From assembly GCA_039798785.1 (NCBI GenBank), contig JBDKFG010000001.1, forward strand, positions 1-64,000: a stretch of DNA of 64,000 nucleotides, given 5' to 3'. The translations under genes were made by a program, and so were the position numbers. This DNA is from Verrucomicrobiota bacterium. GTDB lineage: Bacteria > Verrucomicrobiota > Lentisphaeria > Lentisphaerales > Lentisphaeraceae. The notes under the pieces are model-generated. The model was not told where the DNA came from and made no database searches. It saw nothing but the letters and a program-made list of their open reading frames with translations. Numbering within the stretch: the first letter of the stretch is position 1; every line of letters begins with the position of its first letter. Positions 46,260 through 57,065 of this stretch are shown one piece after another.

Positions 46260-47096
46260 ATGTCGCAGAAAGTCAAAAAGCTGGTTTTCTCCTGTCTGCG
46301 TGTCGCGGTCGCGGTCTACCTGGTCATTCTCGCCGCCTTTTTCGTTTTCCAGAAGCGTTTGATCTTCAAGCCGGTGCCTTTGTCGGACTCGGCGGTGATC
46401 AAGCCGCCGATCTCCGGCAGTTTGGAATTGAGTCTGGAGAAGGCCGATGGCGGGCGGCTGTCTGCGATCTTCGTGCCGGCGCCCGAGCTTGCCGGGCAGC
46501 CGCGGCGGGTGATCCTGCACTGTCACGGCAATGCCGGCAATCTTCTTGATCGTCAACAGCTTCTTGCCGATTACCATCAGCAAGCCTGCGCGGCTTTGGC
46601 GCCCGATTGGTGCGGCTACGGCAAGACCAGCGGCAGCCCGGATGAGGCGGGGATTTACGCCGAGGCCGAGATGGCCTTCTCCTGGCTGCTGCAGCAGGGC
46701 TGGAAAGAGGAGGAGATCGTGATTCACGGGACCAGCCTTGGCGGCGGCCCGGCTTGCTGGTTGGCCGAGCGGCACCCCGGCTGCGCCGGCTTGATCCTCT
46801 GCTGTACTTTCACCAGGATTCCGGACATGGCTCGCCACCGCTACCCCTTCCTGCCGCCGCAACTCTGCACCACCCGATTCGATAACCTCAAACGGATCGC
46901 CGGCATCAAGATGCCCCTGCTCGTCATTCATGGCACCGAGGATCAAATAGTGCCCTCCAATCACAGCGAAAGGCTTTATGCCGCCGCCGCATCCCCGGTC
47001 AAACGGCTTGTTCTCGTGCCGAAAATCGGCCACAATGATCTCGAGCAGGCTTCAGAGTTCTGGGGGGCTTTCGGGAAGTTTGTGAGGAGCCCGTAA
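46260..47096 (+). CDS. Alpha/beta hydrolase (YfhR/ABHD13-like)
   Basis: CHGNAGN, GYGKTSGSP, GTSLGG, IHGTEDQIVP, GHND. Confidence 0.9.
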   Translation: MSQKVKKLVFSCLRVAVAVYLVILAAFFVFQKRLIFKPVPLSDSAVIKPPISGSLELSLEKADGGRLSAIFVPAPELAGQPRRVILHCHGNAGNLLDRQQLLADYHQQACAALAPDWCGYGKTSGSPDEAGIYAEAEMAFSWLLQQGWKEEEIVIHGTSLGGGPACWLAERHPGCAGLILCCTFTRIPDMARHRYPFLPPQLCTTRFDNLKRIAGIKMPLLVIHGTEDQIVPSNHSERLYAAAASPVKRLVLVPKIGHNDLEQASEFWGAFGKFVRSP

Positions 47097-47217
47097 AGTC
47101 CTCGTGAAAATCTTGCGGGACAATGTTTTGAATTAATTGGGATTTTTTTTGGTAGCTTTGTAACTCATGTTTGTTGGGCTTGCATTTCTTGCATCCCAAA
47201 ACATGAGGAGCCATTGC

Positions 47218-47898
47218 ATGTTGATCCTTTCAGCCATCTTGTTGATTGCCGCTGTCGCCACTCTATTCATGAGGAGGAGCCGCGGGCGTGTGTTGATGTC
47301 CGGCCTCTTGCTGGCAGCTAGCGCTGCGCTGGTCGTCCGGGGCCTTGTCGACCAACCTCGCGACCTTCTCACCGAGCAGCTGATGGAAGCGGAGCAGAGA
47401 GGCTTTTTGCGGAATCTTGAGCCGAACATGAAAGCGGATATGCCCTTGATTTTCGTCGGCCAAGGCTGCGACCAGGACTTGGTGGATCGGATCTGTGCCC
47501 TGCTGGCCAGACCAGCGGATAGAATCACTAGTCTCAAAGCGGTTCTGGAGTCATCGTCTCGACCGTCCCGGGCTCTGGTGATCTGCCTCGACGGCATACC
47601 TGCCTCACTTCAGGATCCGCTGAAGCAACTGCCATCCACCTGGCTTCTCGTCGTCTTCAAGGGGCCGGTTCGAAATGCCCAGGCTGTCTTTGCTTATCCC
47701 GGATTCCTGGGCGTGCAAACCCGCCAAAACTGGCGCCAATTAACGACTGAGCTTGATGCCGAAGGTGTTTTGCCGGGAGATTGGGGTGCTATCTCCCAGA
47801 AATATTTCTGCTTCTGGAGGCCTTATCAGTATGAAGAGTTTTTGAAAAGCCATCGAGTCCCGCCCAGCAACATCGAAACCGAGGAGGAACAACCATGA
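47218..47898 (+). CDS. Hypothetical membrane-anchored protein
   Basis: Two N-terminal hydrophobic segments; ATGA overlap with the pilin gene; start uncertain (47167-47218). Confidence 0.55.
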   Translation: MLILSAILLIAAVATLFMRRSRGRVLMSGLLLAASAALVVRGLVDQPRDLLTEQLMEAEQRGFLRNLEPNMKADMPLIFVGQGCDQDLVDRICALLARPADRITSLKAVLESSSRPSRALVICLDGIPASLQDPLKQLPSTWLLVVFKGPVRNAQAVFAYPGFLGVQTRQNWRQLTTELDAEGVLPGDWGAISQKYFCFWRPYQYEEFLKSHRVPPSNIETEEEQP

Positions 47899-48632
47899 GT
47901 CTGCGCCGTCGTTTTTCATTGATTGAGCTATTGATGGTTGTCGCCATCATCGCCATCCTTTTGAGCCTTCTTTTAGGCGGCATGGCCCAAGCTCGCCGCA
48001 AAGCTCAGTTTGTCGTCTGCTTCAACAATGCCAAGCAGATCGGCCAATCCGTAGTTCTTTACACCAACACCAACCGCGGCGGCATTCCCTACAGCGTCAA
48101 TGCTGCATCTTGGGACGACCTGTTATCGCCCCATCTCTTCACCAACTTCGGCGCTTCTGCCATAGCTTTGAAGGGGATCCGGGTCGCTGACAACATCCCG
48201 GGCGGCAAAACCTGGCTTTGCCCCTTGGCTCCCACCCAGGCGGTGATCGACAGCAATGCGCCGGAAGGACTGAACCTGGCATCTCCCAGCAATGTGTATG
48301 AGGCTCGCAGCTATGGCATCAACGGGCTCGGATCAGGGCAGCAGGGGCGGGTCGACGGTGGGGAAGGACTCCTTTGCGAGGGCAGCCGAGCGACGATCAG
48401 GATGAGCGAGTTTACCAGATCCGCCTCCGAAGTCATCCTGATCGCTGAACGGGACGCGAAGCTCTCCTGCCGTGGATGGTATCGCAGCAGCGTCACCGGA
48501 CCGATGGACAAGTATCGCAGGGCTCAGGGCCTGCACAAAGAGTCGCCAGGGAAATACACCAACGTCATGACCGACGGTTCGGCGCAGTTCCTTCATTGGT
48601 CGGCGATGGAAGAGAGGCAGTTCTGGAAGTGA
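47895..48632 (+). CDS. Prepilin-type N-terminal cleavage/methylation domain protein
   Basis: RFSLIELLMVVAIIAILLSLL, CFNNAKQIG, SYGIN, C-terminal H...NVMTDGSA. Confidence 0.88.
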   Translation: MSLRRRFSLIELLMVVAIIAILLSLLLGGMAQARRKAQFVVCFNNAKQIGQSVVLYTNTNRGGIPYSVNAASWDDLLSPHLFTNFGASAIALKGIRVADNIPGGKTWLCPLAPTQAVIDSNAPEGLNLASPSNVYEARSYGINGLGSGQQGRVDGGEGLLCEGSRATIRMSEFTRSASEVILIAERDAKLSCRGWYRSSVTGPMDKYRRAQGLHKESPGKYTNVMTDGSAQFLHWSAMEERQFWK

Positions 48633-48905
48633 ATGCGCTTTGGGAGGGGGGGTGAAGCCTTTCCCCAAGGAAGCTTGACTGAACCTAAAAACCGCAGCAG
48701 AGGAACTGAACCGGGTTGAATGAAAGGTTGAATGGTTGAAACTCAAGCCTATGAGCGACAACCAGAAGCCAAATCAAAACGAAAGAAACCGTCATCCAGT
48801 GCTAAGCCAAATGATTGTTGAGGGCTGACAAGGAATCCAGGCTGATGACTGCCGGGTCAATTCTGAAGTCGTTCACTGTTGTTGCAGCTCAATCTTTCAA
48901 CGGGT

Positions 48906-50327
48906 TCAATCGAGGTCGACGAATTCGACGACGCAGCCTAGTTCGGCCAGGGTCGGTGCTTCGAGGATGTCGCGGCCGCGGTAGTTGCCGCCCTTGAGGA
49001 AGACCTGCGGGCGGATGGCGCGCAGCAGGGAGTCGGCGCGCTCTTCGTCGAAGAGGACGATGTAGTCGACGCAGTCGAACATCTGCAGGAGGCGGAGGCG
49101 GTCGTCTTCATGGAGAAGCGGCGTCTTGCCGGCGGCGCGTAAAGAGCGGTCAGAGTTGACCCCGACGACGCGGATGCCGTCGAAGCCGCCGAGGCGTTCC
49201 AGGAACTGGATCTGCTCGGTCGACAGACGGTCGAAATGGCCGTTGGTGAAGTAGACCTGGCGTCCGCGGCTGCGGGCGGCGTCGAGGATGGCGCGCAGCT
49301 CGGAAGGAGTGCGGATCTTGCGCTGGCCGGATTCCTCGCCGATGACCAGCTGGTGGACGATATCGGCGCGGGAGATGGTCTTGGGGGATTGCTGTGAGAT
49401 CATGATGCCGGCGGCGGCGTTGGCGATCTCCATCAGCTGACGCGGCGGATTGCCGGCGGAGAACATCGCCATGCAGCTGACGACGCTGTCGCCGGCGCCG
49501 GCGACGTCGTAGACCTGGCGGGGACGGGTGGGGACATGCTCGGTGCGGCCGTCGCGATGGGCCCAGAAAAGGCCTTCGGCGTCGAGGGAGACGAAGGTCC
49601 ATTCGAGGCCGGCCTTGGCGATGACGAGGCGGGCGGCTTCGGCGGCATCCGTGAGAGACTTGACCTTGCGGCCAAGCTGCAGTTCCGCTTCGGTGCGGTT
49701 GGGTTTGAGGGCGGTGAACCCCTGATAGAGACTCAGGTCTGCGCCTTTGCGCGGATCACCGATCACCGGGATGCGCCCGGCCTGAGTGGCGAGCGAGCGC
49801 AGCAGGGCGGGAGTGAGAAAGCCCTTGCCGTAGTCGGAGGCGACGATGGCGTCATATTCGCCGAAGCGGCCGGAAAGGCCGGAGATCACCTCGGTTTCGA
49901 CCTCGGAGGAGAGCGGCGCCGAACTTTCAAAGTCGACGCGCAGGAGCTGCTGGCGGCCCGAGGGGAGATCGCTGTCGCGCGCGCAGAGGCGTTGCTTGCG
50001 GGTGGTCGGCCGCGAGGCGTCTCGGAAGAAGATCGGGCGGATGCCGAGGATCTCGAGCTGGGTGGCTAGCTTGCCGCCCCATTCGTCCTGGCCGATGACG
50101 CAGGCGAGATCGACCTGGGCGCCGAGCTGCGCCAGGACCGAGGCGGTGAAGGCGGCGCCGCCAAGCTGGAAAGTCTCGTCCTCGAAAGCGAGCACCGGGG
50201 TCGGCGCCTCGGGCGCGACGCGGCGGACACCTCCCCAGATGAAGTGGTCGAGCATGGCGTCGCCGGCGACGAGGATGCGCGGCGAGCCGAGGCGGCGGAC
50301 GATTTCTACGCTTTCGTGCGAACTCAT
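48906..50327 (-). CDS. HldE/RfaE-like bifunctional heptose kinase / nucleotidyltransferase
   Basis: GDAMLD, APEAPTPV, SDYGKG, KPNRTE, DVAGAGD; C-terminal FTNG.FD, VGVNSDRS, KGGNY. Confidence 0.88.
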   Translation of the reverse strand: MSSHESVEIVRRLGSPRILVAGDAMLDHFIWGGVRRVAPEAPTPVLAFEDETFQLGGAAFTASVLAQLGAQVDLACVIGQDEWGGKLATQLEILGIRPIFFRDASRPTTRKQRLCARDSDLPSGRQQLLRVDFESSAPLSSEVETEVISGLSGRFGEYDAIVASDYGKGFLTPALLRSLATQAGRIPVIGDPRKGADLSLYQGFTALKPNRTEAELQLGRKVKSLTDAAEAARLVIAKAGLEWTFVSLDAEGLFWAHRDGRTEHVPTRPRQVYDVAGAGDSVVSCMAMFSAGNPPRQLMEIANAAAGIMISQQSPKTISRADIVHQLVIGEESGQRKIRTPSELRAILDAARSRGRQVYFTNGHFDRLSTEQIQFLERLGGFDGIRVVGVNSDRSLRAAGKTPLLHEDDRLRLLQMFDCVDYIVLFDEERADSLLRAIRPQVFLKGGNYRGRDILEAPTLAELGCVVEFVDLD

Positions 50328-50457
50328 GGGGACTCCAGATCCAGTTTCAGATTTCAAGTTTCAAGTTTAAGGTCTGAAGCGGCGAAGGCAAGGAACAGGC
50401 AAGCTGCAGCGCCAGAGGACTGGCGCGCTCCCAGGAAACTTCCTCACTCCCGCGCTT

Positions 50458-53400
50458 TTAGCGCTCGCTAGCCTTGCGCAGTTTCGGCGCCGGCTTGCTT
50501 TTGTAGAGTGCGGCGTCTTCGAGTGCTAGGTCGACCGCCTTGTCGAGCTGGACGTCGCGTCCGGTGGAGAGGTCGCCTGGCCAGGGCCAGACGATGATGT
50601 CGGGCACGGCGCCGGCGAGTTCCTGGTCCTCGCCGTTGTCGCGGCGGTACCAGCCGCGGCCGGGCATGCGCAGGGTGCCGGCACCCAGCACCTTGGCGGA
50701 ACCGGTGCTGATGACGCCGCCGGCGGTGGGGACGCCGACGACGCGGCCGCGTTTCAGGACTTGGATGGCGTGAGTGAAGACTTCGGCGTTGCTGAAGGAG
50801 TTCTGGTTGCAGAGGACGATCACCGGCTTGCTCCAGGTGGCGTAGACGAGGCGGTCGATCGGGTAGCCGAGGCCGCTGCCGCGCGAGCGGCAGATGGCGT
50901 GGTCGTTGGGGCAGAGGACCGAAAGCAGGTGGTCGGTGGTGAAGCCGCCGCCGTTTTCGCGGACATCGACGATCAGGGCGTCGCGGCCTGAGCCCTCGGC
51001 AAAGACTTCCTCCTCGAAGCGGCGGAATTCGCTCCATTGCATCTTGGCGACGTGGAGGTAGCCGATGCGGTCGTCGCTGCGCGCCGCCACCGCCTTGCGG
51101 TTGTTCTCGATCCATTCCTCATAAAGCAGATTGCGGATTTTCCGGTAGTTGATCGGGCGCAAGACGACATGTCGCTTCTCCTGCCGCGCATTCTGGACCA
51201 GGACGTCGACGTCGCGCCCTTCCAGACCGTTGAGAATCGAGCTCAGCTCGGTTTTAGGGCCGACTTCCTTGGCGGCGATGCTGAGGATCAGGTCGTTGGC
51301 GTCGATGCCTGCCTTGACCAGGTCGGCGGGGCCCTTGGGAACGACGCGTTCGACCCGCAGGCCGGGACCGGCCCAGGTGGAGTCGAAAATCAGGCCGAGA
51401 TGGGCGGTGACATTGTCGGGGCGCTGCAGCGACATCAGATTGTCGATGAAGTTGGATCGCCAGCCCATGTGGGAAGCGTTGAGTTCGCCGAGCATCATGT
51501 TGACGACGCGGTCGAAGCTGGGTTCGTCGGCTGCCGACTTGGCCAGCGGTTCGTATTTGTCGAAGATCGCGGGCCAGTCGAGGCCTTTCATCGTCTCGTC
51601 GTAGAACTGGTCGCGCATCAGGCGCCAGGTGCGGGTGAAGGTGGCGCGGCGGAAGCCGGAGACGCTCAGGTCCTGGAGGAAGGTGAAGCTGACTTGACTG
51701 AGCTGAGTTTCCCGCAGGAGCGAGGGGACGCCGTCGGAGCTGCAAGCGAGGGCGCCGCAGCGCAGCCAGGCGGAAGGACGGACGTCCTGGGCCAGGACCT
51801 GCTTGATCTGTGATTGAGTGTCGCCTATCTCAAGGCTCATCAGCTGAGCGGCCTGCTTCTTCGGGGCCTCGGGATCGCGGAGGTCGCTGAGGCTGCCTTG
51901 AGTCGCTCTGAAATAGAGCTTGCGCGAATCGCCGCTCCACACCAAGCTGCCTTCCATCATGTTGGGCAGCGACAGGGTCTGGCGGCGGTCGTGCAGGCCG
52001 TCGAAATCGATCTTGAGATCCGCCGCCTTCGGAGCGCGGGGAGTCTTCTCGGCGGGCTTCTCCGGGCCTTTGTCGCCGGATTTCTCGAGGCTTTTCTCGG
52101 CGGGCTTCTCCGGCGCTTTCTCCTGCCGTGATGAGCGCCCTTTCTTCATCGTTTCGACGGCTTTTTCGAGGAGCTTGTCGCGGCGGGTCACTTCCGAGCG
52201 GCTCTTGTCGAGGGTGCAGAGGACGATGTCGGGCTCGCCCTCGTTGCGGCAGCCAACGTAGGCCAGCCAGGCGCCGTCGGGTGACCAGCGCGGGTTGAAA
52301 TCGTCGCGTGGATGGCGGGAGATGTTGAGGGGGTCGCGACTGCCGTCGAGGGGCGCTATCCAGATTTCGCTGTTGTAGTCGGCGTCGCGGACGGCCCAGG
52401 CGATCCATTTGCCGTCAGGCGAGAGATCGTAGTCGGGCTTCTCCCAGCAGGAGATCAAGGCTTCGCTCTTGCCGTTCTGTAGATCCAGCTTCCAGATGGC
52501 GGGACCTTTGAGGAAGATCAGCTGCTTCCCTTCCGGGGTGAGCTGCATGTCGCTCAGGGTGTCGCTGTCCTCGAAGAGGACTTCGAACTTGAATTCGCGG
52601 TTCTGCCACCAGTAGAGCTTTTCGTCGGCGCGGCTCGCTTTGACGATCTGGCTGCGGCGCCCGTCTTCGCGAAGGAAGAAGATGGCGTCGGCGTCGCGGC
52701 CGAAGACCGGCTCGGTGTCCCAAGCAGCACCGGAGCTGACCTGGCTGGGCTCCTTCAGCACCGTGTCGGAGACTGCGATGTCGCCGCCGGCGGAGAAGCT
52801 CAGCTCGAGACCGTCGCTGCTGAAGGAGAAATCGTTGGCCTTGGAGTGGCGGAGCTGCTGGATGTCCTTGTTGCCGAGATCCGCGCCGGTCCACAGGGGG
52901 ATGGCGGTGGCGCCTCTGCCGGGATTGCGAGGGTCGAGGGACATCAGGTCGAAGAGTTGACGGAAGACCAGTCTGCTGCCGTCGCGGGAGATGCACAGGT
53001 CGCTGGCGGATTCGGTCTTGAAGTCGGTGAGCTTCTCGTCCTTGCGACTGTCCAGGTCGAAGCGGTGGATGTTGCCGATTCCGCTGGAGCTGTTGATGTA
53101 GTAGAAGCTACGACCGTCGGGACCCCAGGCCGGACTGCGGCAGTCGCTCTCCTGCTGCAGAATGGGCGAGAACTTCTTCGACGCCATTTCGTAAAGCCAG
53201 ATCTGGGCCGCCTGGCTGCCCCGATAGCCCTTGCGGTATTTCTCCGATCCTTCTCGGACGAAGAGGATGCGGCCACCGTCGGGGGAGACGCGAGCCTCGT
53301 CGCCGTAGTCGTCGAAGATCATCTCCTCTTTCGTGGGATTCCGTCCGGTGTCGACTTTGATCAGTCGCTCCGAGGTCTTGTTGCTGAAGCCGCGGTCGCG

Positions 53401-53781
53401 CAGGCCGATGCACATCAGCTGGCGTCCGTCAGGGTACCAGTCGGTGAGTCGATAGCCTTCGGAGTGGAAGCCGACCTGGCGCGGCTGGCCGCCGCCGCTC
53501 GGGATGACGTAGGCGTGGGGGCTGCCTTCCCGGAAACTCATGAAGGCGATCTGCTTGCCGTCCGGTGACCAGACCGGATTCCCGTCGATGGCGGGATGCA
53601 TGGTCAAGGCGCTGGCTTCTCCTCCTTCGAGGGGTGCAGTCCAGACTTCGCCCTTCCAGGCAAAGGCGATCTTCCGGCCGTCCGGGGACAAGGCCGGGCC
53701 GATGGGGATGCGGATCGGGGTCTTGTCGGCTTCCGGCGCAGGCGCGGCGGCGAAGAAGAGACTGGTCAAGAAGGAGATCAT
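50458..53781 (-). CDS. Tricorn-like S41 family protease
   Basis: PD40 repeats (SPDG), MLGELNASH, PDZ domain, IGYLHV, DVRENGGG, SFSNAE, GAVPDI. Confidence 0.93.
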   Translation of the reverse strand: MISFLTSLFFAAAPAPEADKTPIRIPIGPALSPDGRKIAFAWKGEVWTAPLEGGEASALTMHPAIDGNPVWSPDGKQIAFMSFREGSPHAYVIPSGGGQPRQVGFHSEGYRLTDWYPDGRQLMCIGLRDRGFSNKTSERLIKVDTGRNPTKEEMIFDDYGDEARVSPDGGRILFVREGSEKYRKGYRGSQAAQIWLYEMASKKFSPILQQESDCRSPAWGPDGRSFYYINSSSGIGNIHRFDLDSRKDEKLTDFKTESASDLCISRDGSRLVFRQLFDLMSLDPRNPGRGATAIPLWTGADLGNKDIQQLRHSKANDFSFSSDGLELSFSAGGDIAVSDTVLKEPSQVSSGAAWDTEPVFGRDADAIFFLREDGRRSQIVKASRADEKLYWWQNREFKFEVLFEDSDTLSDMQLTPEGKQLIFLKGPAIWKLDLQNGKSEALISCWEKPDYDLSPDGKWIAWAVRDADYNSEIWIAPLDGSRDPLNISRHPRDDFNPRWSPDGAWLAYVGCRNEGEPDIVLCTLDKSRSEVTRRDKLLEKAVETMKKGRSSRQEKAPEKPAEKSLEKSGDKGPEKPAEKTPRAPKAADLKIDFDGLHDRRQTLSLPNMMEGSLVWSGDSRKLYFRATQGSLSDLRDPEAPKKQAAQLMSLEIGDTQSQIKQVLAQDVRPSAWLRCGALACSSDGVPSLLRETQLSQVSFTFLQDLSVSGFRRATFTRTWRLMRDQFYDETMKGLDWPAIFDKYEPLAKSAADEPSFDRVVNMMLGELNASHMGWRSNFIDNLMSLQRPDNVTAHLGLIFDSTWAGPGLRVERVVPKGPADLVKAGIDANDLILSIAAKEVGPKTELSSILNGLEGRDVDVLVQNARQEKRHVVLRPINYRKIRNLLYEEWIENNRKAVAARSDDRIGYLHVAKMQWSEFRRFEEEVFAEGSGRDALIVDVRENGGGFTTDHLLSVLCPNDHAICRSRGSGLGYPIDRLVYATWSKPVIVLCNQNSFSNAEVFTHAIQVLKRGRVVGVPTAGGVISTGSAKVLGAGTLRMPGRGWYRRDNGEDQELAGAVPDIIVWPWPGDLSTGRDVQLDKAVDLALEDAALYKSKPAPKLRKASER

Positions 53782-54007
53782 CGCGGGCCTCGAGGTTTTA
53801 TGACATCTCCCAAGCTCGCTCCTGGTGGCGATTTGGCAAGGGCTGAAGGCCTGGCTGACACTCTGGCGATCCTGGCGGCGGCGAGGGAAAATCGCCTGGC
53901 ACCGAAGCGTAAAAATTTCGCTCTGCGCATCATAAAAGATGAGCCGAGGCTCAATTCCGCCGGCCGAGGCTCGCGAACTTGAACCTGAACTTCATGGAGA
54001 TCTCATC

Positions 54008-54907
54008 ATGAAAAAGATGTTGTCCTTCCTGGTGTTTGCGCTTGGTTGCGGCGCAGTCGCGTCGCCGCTTCCCTCCGTCTCGCCATATCCTCTTTGCGCC
54101 GAGCCTGGAAAGCAAGGGCCTGAAGAAAAGCCCTTCCTTGGCGTTGTCGTGGAATCGCTGGGGGAGTTCACCCGCCTCCATCTCGGGATGGAAGCCGGCA
54201 AGGGCTTCGGCATCCGCGAGGTGAGCCCCGAATCCCCGGCGGCCAAGGCCGGCCTCAAGCCCGGTGACGTGCTGGTCAAATTGGAGCAGCAAGTGCTCTT
54301 CAGCGCCACCCCGCTGCCCGCGACCATGAGCCTCTTCCAGCCGGGGCAGAAGATCTGCGTCACCTTCCTTCGCAAAGGCCAGGAGCAGAACGCTGAAATC
54401 ACTCTTGCCGGACGCATCGTCGACGCTCGTCAGGAAGTGCACCGCCAGCCCAGGCCCCGCTTCGAGATCCCCTTCGGCATGAGGTCCGGGGAGGATCGGA
54501 TCGAGCAGATGATGAAACGACTGCACCGTCTCGAACAGGATTTCGGCGAGGGTCTGCTGCCACCTGCCATGCCGGCCATGCCGGCCATGCCGGCCATGCC
54601 GGCCATGCCGGCCATGCCGGCCATGCCGGCCATGCCGGCCATGCCGGCCATGCCGGCCATGCCGGCCAAGCCGGGGCAGCAGATGCTGATCATCACCGAA
54701 GACGCTGACGGACGAATTGAACTCCGCGGCGACAAGGGAGACTGGCATCTCAAAGCCCACAAGCCAGGCGGTGTGCTGCTTTTTGACGGGCCGTGGAACC
54801 GCGACGAGGACAAAGCCAAGGCTCCTGCTGAATTGCGCCAGCGCGCCGATAGATTGATGAAGGAGTCAGCGTTGACCACTCCAGACGCTGGCGATCACGT
54901 CCTCTGA
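54008..54907 (+). CDS. Secreted PDZ-domain protein with an (AMP)11 repeat
   Basis: Signal peptide, PFLGV, SPAAKAGLKPGDVL. Confidence 0.8.
   Translation: MKKMLSFLVFALGCGAVASPLPSVSPYPLCAEPGKQGPEEKPFLGVVVESLGEFTRLHLGMEAGKGFGIREVSPESPAAKAGLKPGDVLVKLEQQVLFSATPLPATMSLFQPGQKICVTFLRKGQEQNAEITLAGRIVDARQEVHRQPRPRFEIPFGMRSGEDRIEQMMKRLHRLEQDFGEGLLPPAMPAMPAMPAMPAMPAMPAMPAMPAMPAMPAMPAKPGQQMLIITEDADGRIELRGDKGDWHLKAHKPGGVLLFDGPWNRDEDKAKAPAELRQRADRLMKESALTTPDAGDHVL
54566..54664. repeat. Perfect in-frame VNTR, GCCATGCCG x11
   Basis: Directly visible. Confidence 0.97.
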
Positions 54908-55228
54908 GCTCATTCAACAAGACCGGACGGCGCTGGGAGATCCGTCGCTGTCTCCTGATTTTTTCCTGCCTGTAAAGCGCGGGAGGAGATCCATCCTCCC
55001 GCGATCGGGGAAGAGAATTCCCCAGTTAGCGGTCTGCTCCGGTCCGGTGGCGGCCCCGTTCTCTACGGATGGATCTCGAGCCGCGTCATCGACGGTAAGT
55101 TGGCGGGGCTCCGTGCCACAAGTTTCCGGATGGCTTGCGAACTTTCTGGTCTGAGGGATGCTCAAAATCAACTTGCCATCGGCTTCCGTCCGGATTTATA
55201 ATGGGGTCACAACCAGAAAGGCCCCCAG

Positions 55229-56968
55229 ATGAATCCCGAAGCACCCACTCCCCTTTGCGCCGCCGTCCAAGCCGGCGATCTCGCCGCTATTCGCCGCCTC
55301 CTGGCGGAAGGTCAGGATCCGAATCAGACCGATCCGCAGGGCTGGCCCCTGATGTACCGCGCCGGAGTTCGCGGCTCAATCGAAATTCTGGCGGCGTTGC
55401 TGGAGGCGGGCGCCCGATTGGATGGAGAAGAGGAGTCCACCGCTCTGTGTGGCGCTTGTAGCGAAGGTCATTTGGAGGCGATTCGTTGGCTGATTGAAAA
55501 AGGCGCAATCCTCAATCGGCCGTCCCCGGCTCATACGCCCCTGCATAGTGCCGCCGCCCATCCCGAGGCCGTCCGCCTCCTCCTCTCGCTTGGAGCTCAG
55601 TGGGATGCCCGCGACCATTGTGACAGTCAGCCTATTCATAATGCAGCCTGTTTTTCTCTTGAGTCTCTCAAGATTTTTCAGGCCGCCGGAGCTTCCTTGG
55701 ATGTCAAGGACTGCCTTGGCGATCAGCCGATCCATTATGCCGCAGATGCCGGCAATTGCGCAGTCCTGGAGTATTTGCTGCAACAAGGAATTCCGGTGGA
55801 CTGCCCTTCCGGTTTCGCGAGAGGCCAAGCCATTCATTCGGCGGCATCTCGAGGCAGAATCGAGGCCATTCGTCTCCTCCTAGGCCACGGCGCCAAGATT
55901 GACGCTCTGGAGCGCTCGGGAGGATTTATCAGGCAGCCGATCCATGAAGCTGCGGCCTGTGGCTCGCCGGAAACGATCGGATTTCTCCTATCGCAAGGCG
56001 CCCAGATCGATGCGCCGGACGAATCCGGGAATCAGCCGATCCACGTAGCCGCGGGGAGCGGCAAGATCGAAACTCTCCGCTTTCTCCTGTCGCAGGGCGC
56101 CCGGATCGATGTGGTGAATTTGGCGGGCGAGCAGCCGATCCACAAAGCGGTCGGATCACTGGAGACGATGCACTTCCTCGTCGAGCACGGCGCCCGCTGG
56201 GAGGCCCGCGCCAGAAACGGCGATCAATTGATCCACTTCGCGGTGGCGAGTGGCGAGAAGGAAACGATCGAATTTCTCCTTCGGCAAGGTGCCGCCGCGG
56301 ATGCCAAAAACGACGAGGGGGGACAGCCGATTCATCGCGTCGCCAGCATCTACGCGTCATCTCTCAAGCGTTACGACAAGCAGAAGGCGATCCTCGATCT
56401 CCTCGTCGCGGGAGGAGCAAAACTCGACGCCGCCGATGACAGCGGAAGACAGCTCATCCATGGCTTGCAGATGGATGGAAAGGACATTCCCTTGATCAAT
56501 TTCCTGCTTGATAACGGCGTCCGTGTCGATGCGGCGCTCAATTGCGGCCTCCAGCCGATTCATTACGCCGCTATACGGGCAGCCAGTGAATGCAGGTCGG
56601 AGACCAATGAGTTTCTGGCGCCGCTGCAAGTCCTCTTGAGTCGCGGTGCCGACATCCATGCCCGGGATCTTGACGGCTGGCAAGCGATTCATTACGCCAC
56701 GAAATATGGTCGTTACACCGGGCCGCTACCGAGCGGCAGAATGTCTCCCTCCAAGGTTCCTCTGCTCCAGTTTCTGGTTGAAAAAGGCGCCGATTTGAAT
56801 TCGGAGACGGCTTGTGGCGAGAGCGTCTTGGATCTGTCGAAAACCGGGGCCGAAGGAGCCGAGAAGCGTCCTTCGGAGTTGACGGCGTGGATCGCCAGTC
56901 ATTTGCCGCCGCTCGGTTTTTTCGCCCGGCTGCAGCGTCGTTTTCGTCGCTGGTGGCGGGCGGCATGA
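55229..56968 (+). CDS. Ankyrin repeat protein
   Basis: Many G.QPIH.AA..G....I..LL..GA repeats. Confidence 0.93.
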   Translation: MNPEAPTPLCAAVQAGDLAAIRRLLAEGQDPNQTDPQGWPLMYRAGVRGSIEILAALLEAGARLDGEEESTALCGACSEGHLEAIRWLIEKGAILNRPSPAHTPLHSAAAHPEAVRLLLSLGAQWDARDHCDSQPIHNAACFSLESLKIFQAAGASLDVKDCLGDQPIHYAADAGNCAVLEYLLQQGIPVDCPSGFARGQAIHSAASRGRIEAIRLLLGHGAKIDALERSGGFIRQPIHEAAACGSPETIGFLLSQGAQIDAPDESGNQPIHVAAGSGKIETLRFLLSQGARIDVVNLAGEQPIHKAVGSLETMHFLVEHGARWEARARNGDQLIHFAVASGEKETIEFLLRQGAAADAKNDEGGQPIHRVASIYASSLKRYDKQKAILDLLVAGGAKLDAADDSGRQLIHGLQMDGKDIPLINFLLDNGVRVDAALNCGLQPIHYAAIRAASECRSETNEFLAPLQVLLSRGADIHARDLDGWQAIHYATKYGRYTGPLPSGRMSPSKVPLLQFLVEKGADLNSETACGESVLDLSKTGAEGAEKRPSELTAWIASHLPPLGFFARLQRRFRRWWRAA

Positions 56969-57065
56969 AATGGCCAGGTCGCGGCCTTCTTGATTTTTCC
57001 TCCGGGCGCTGCGGCGTTGGGCCGCTATTTTCAGGATGTTCCAGCACCGAATCGAAGGAGATCTG

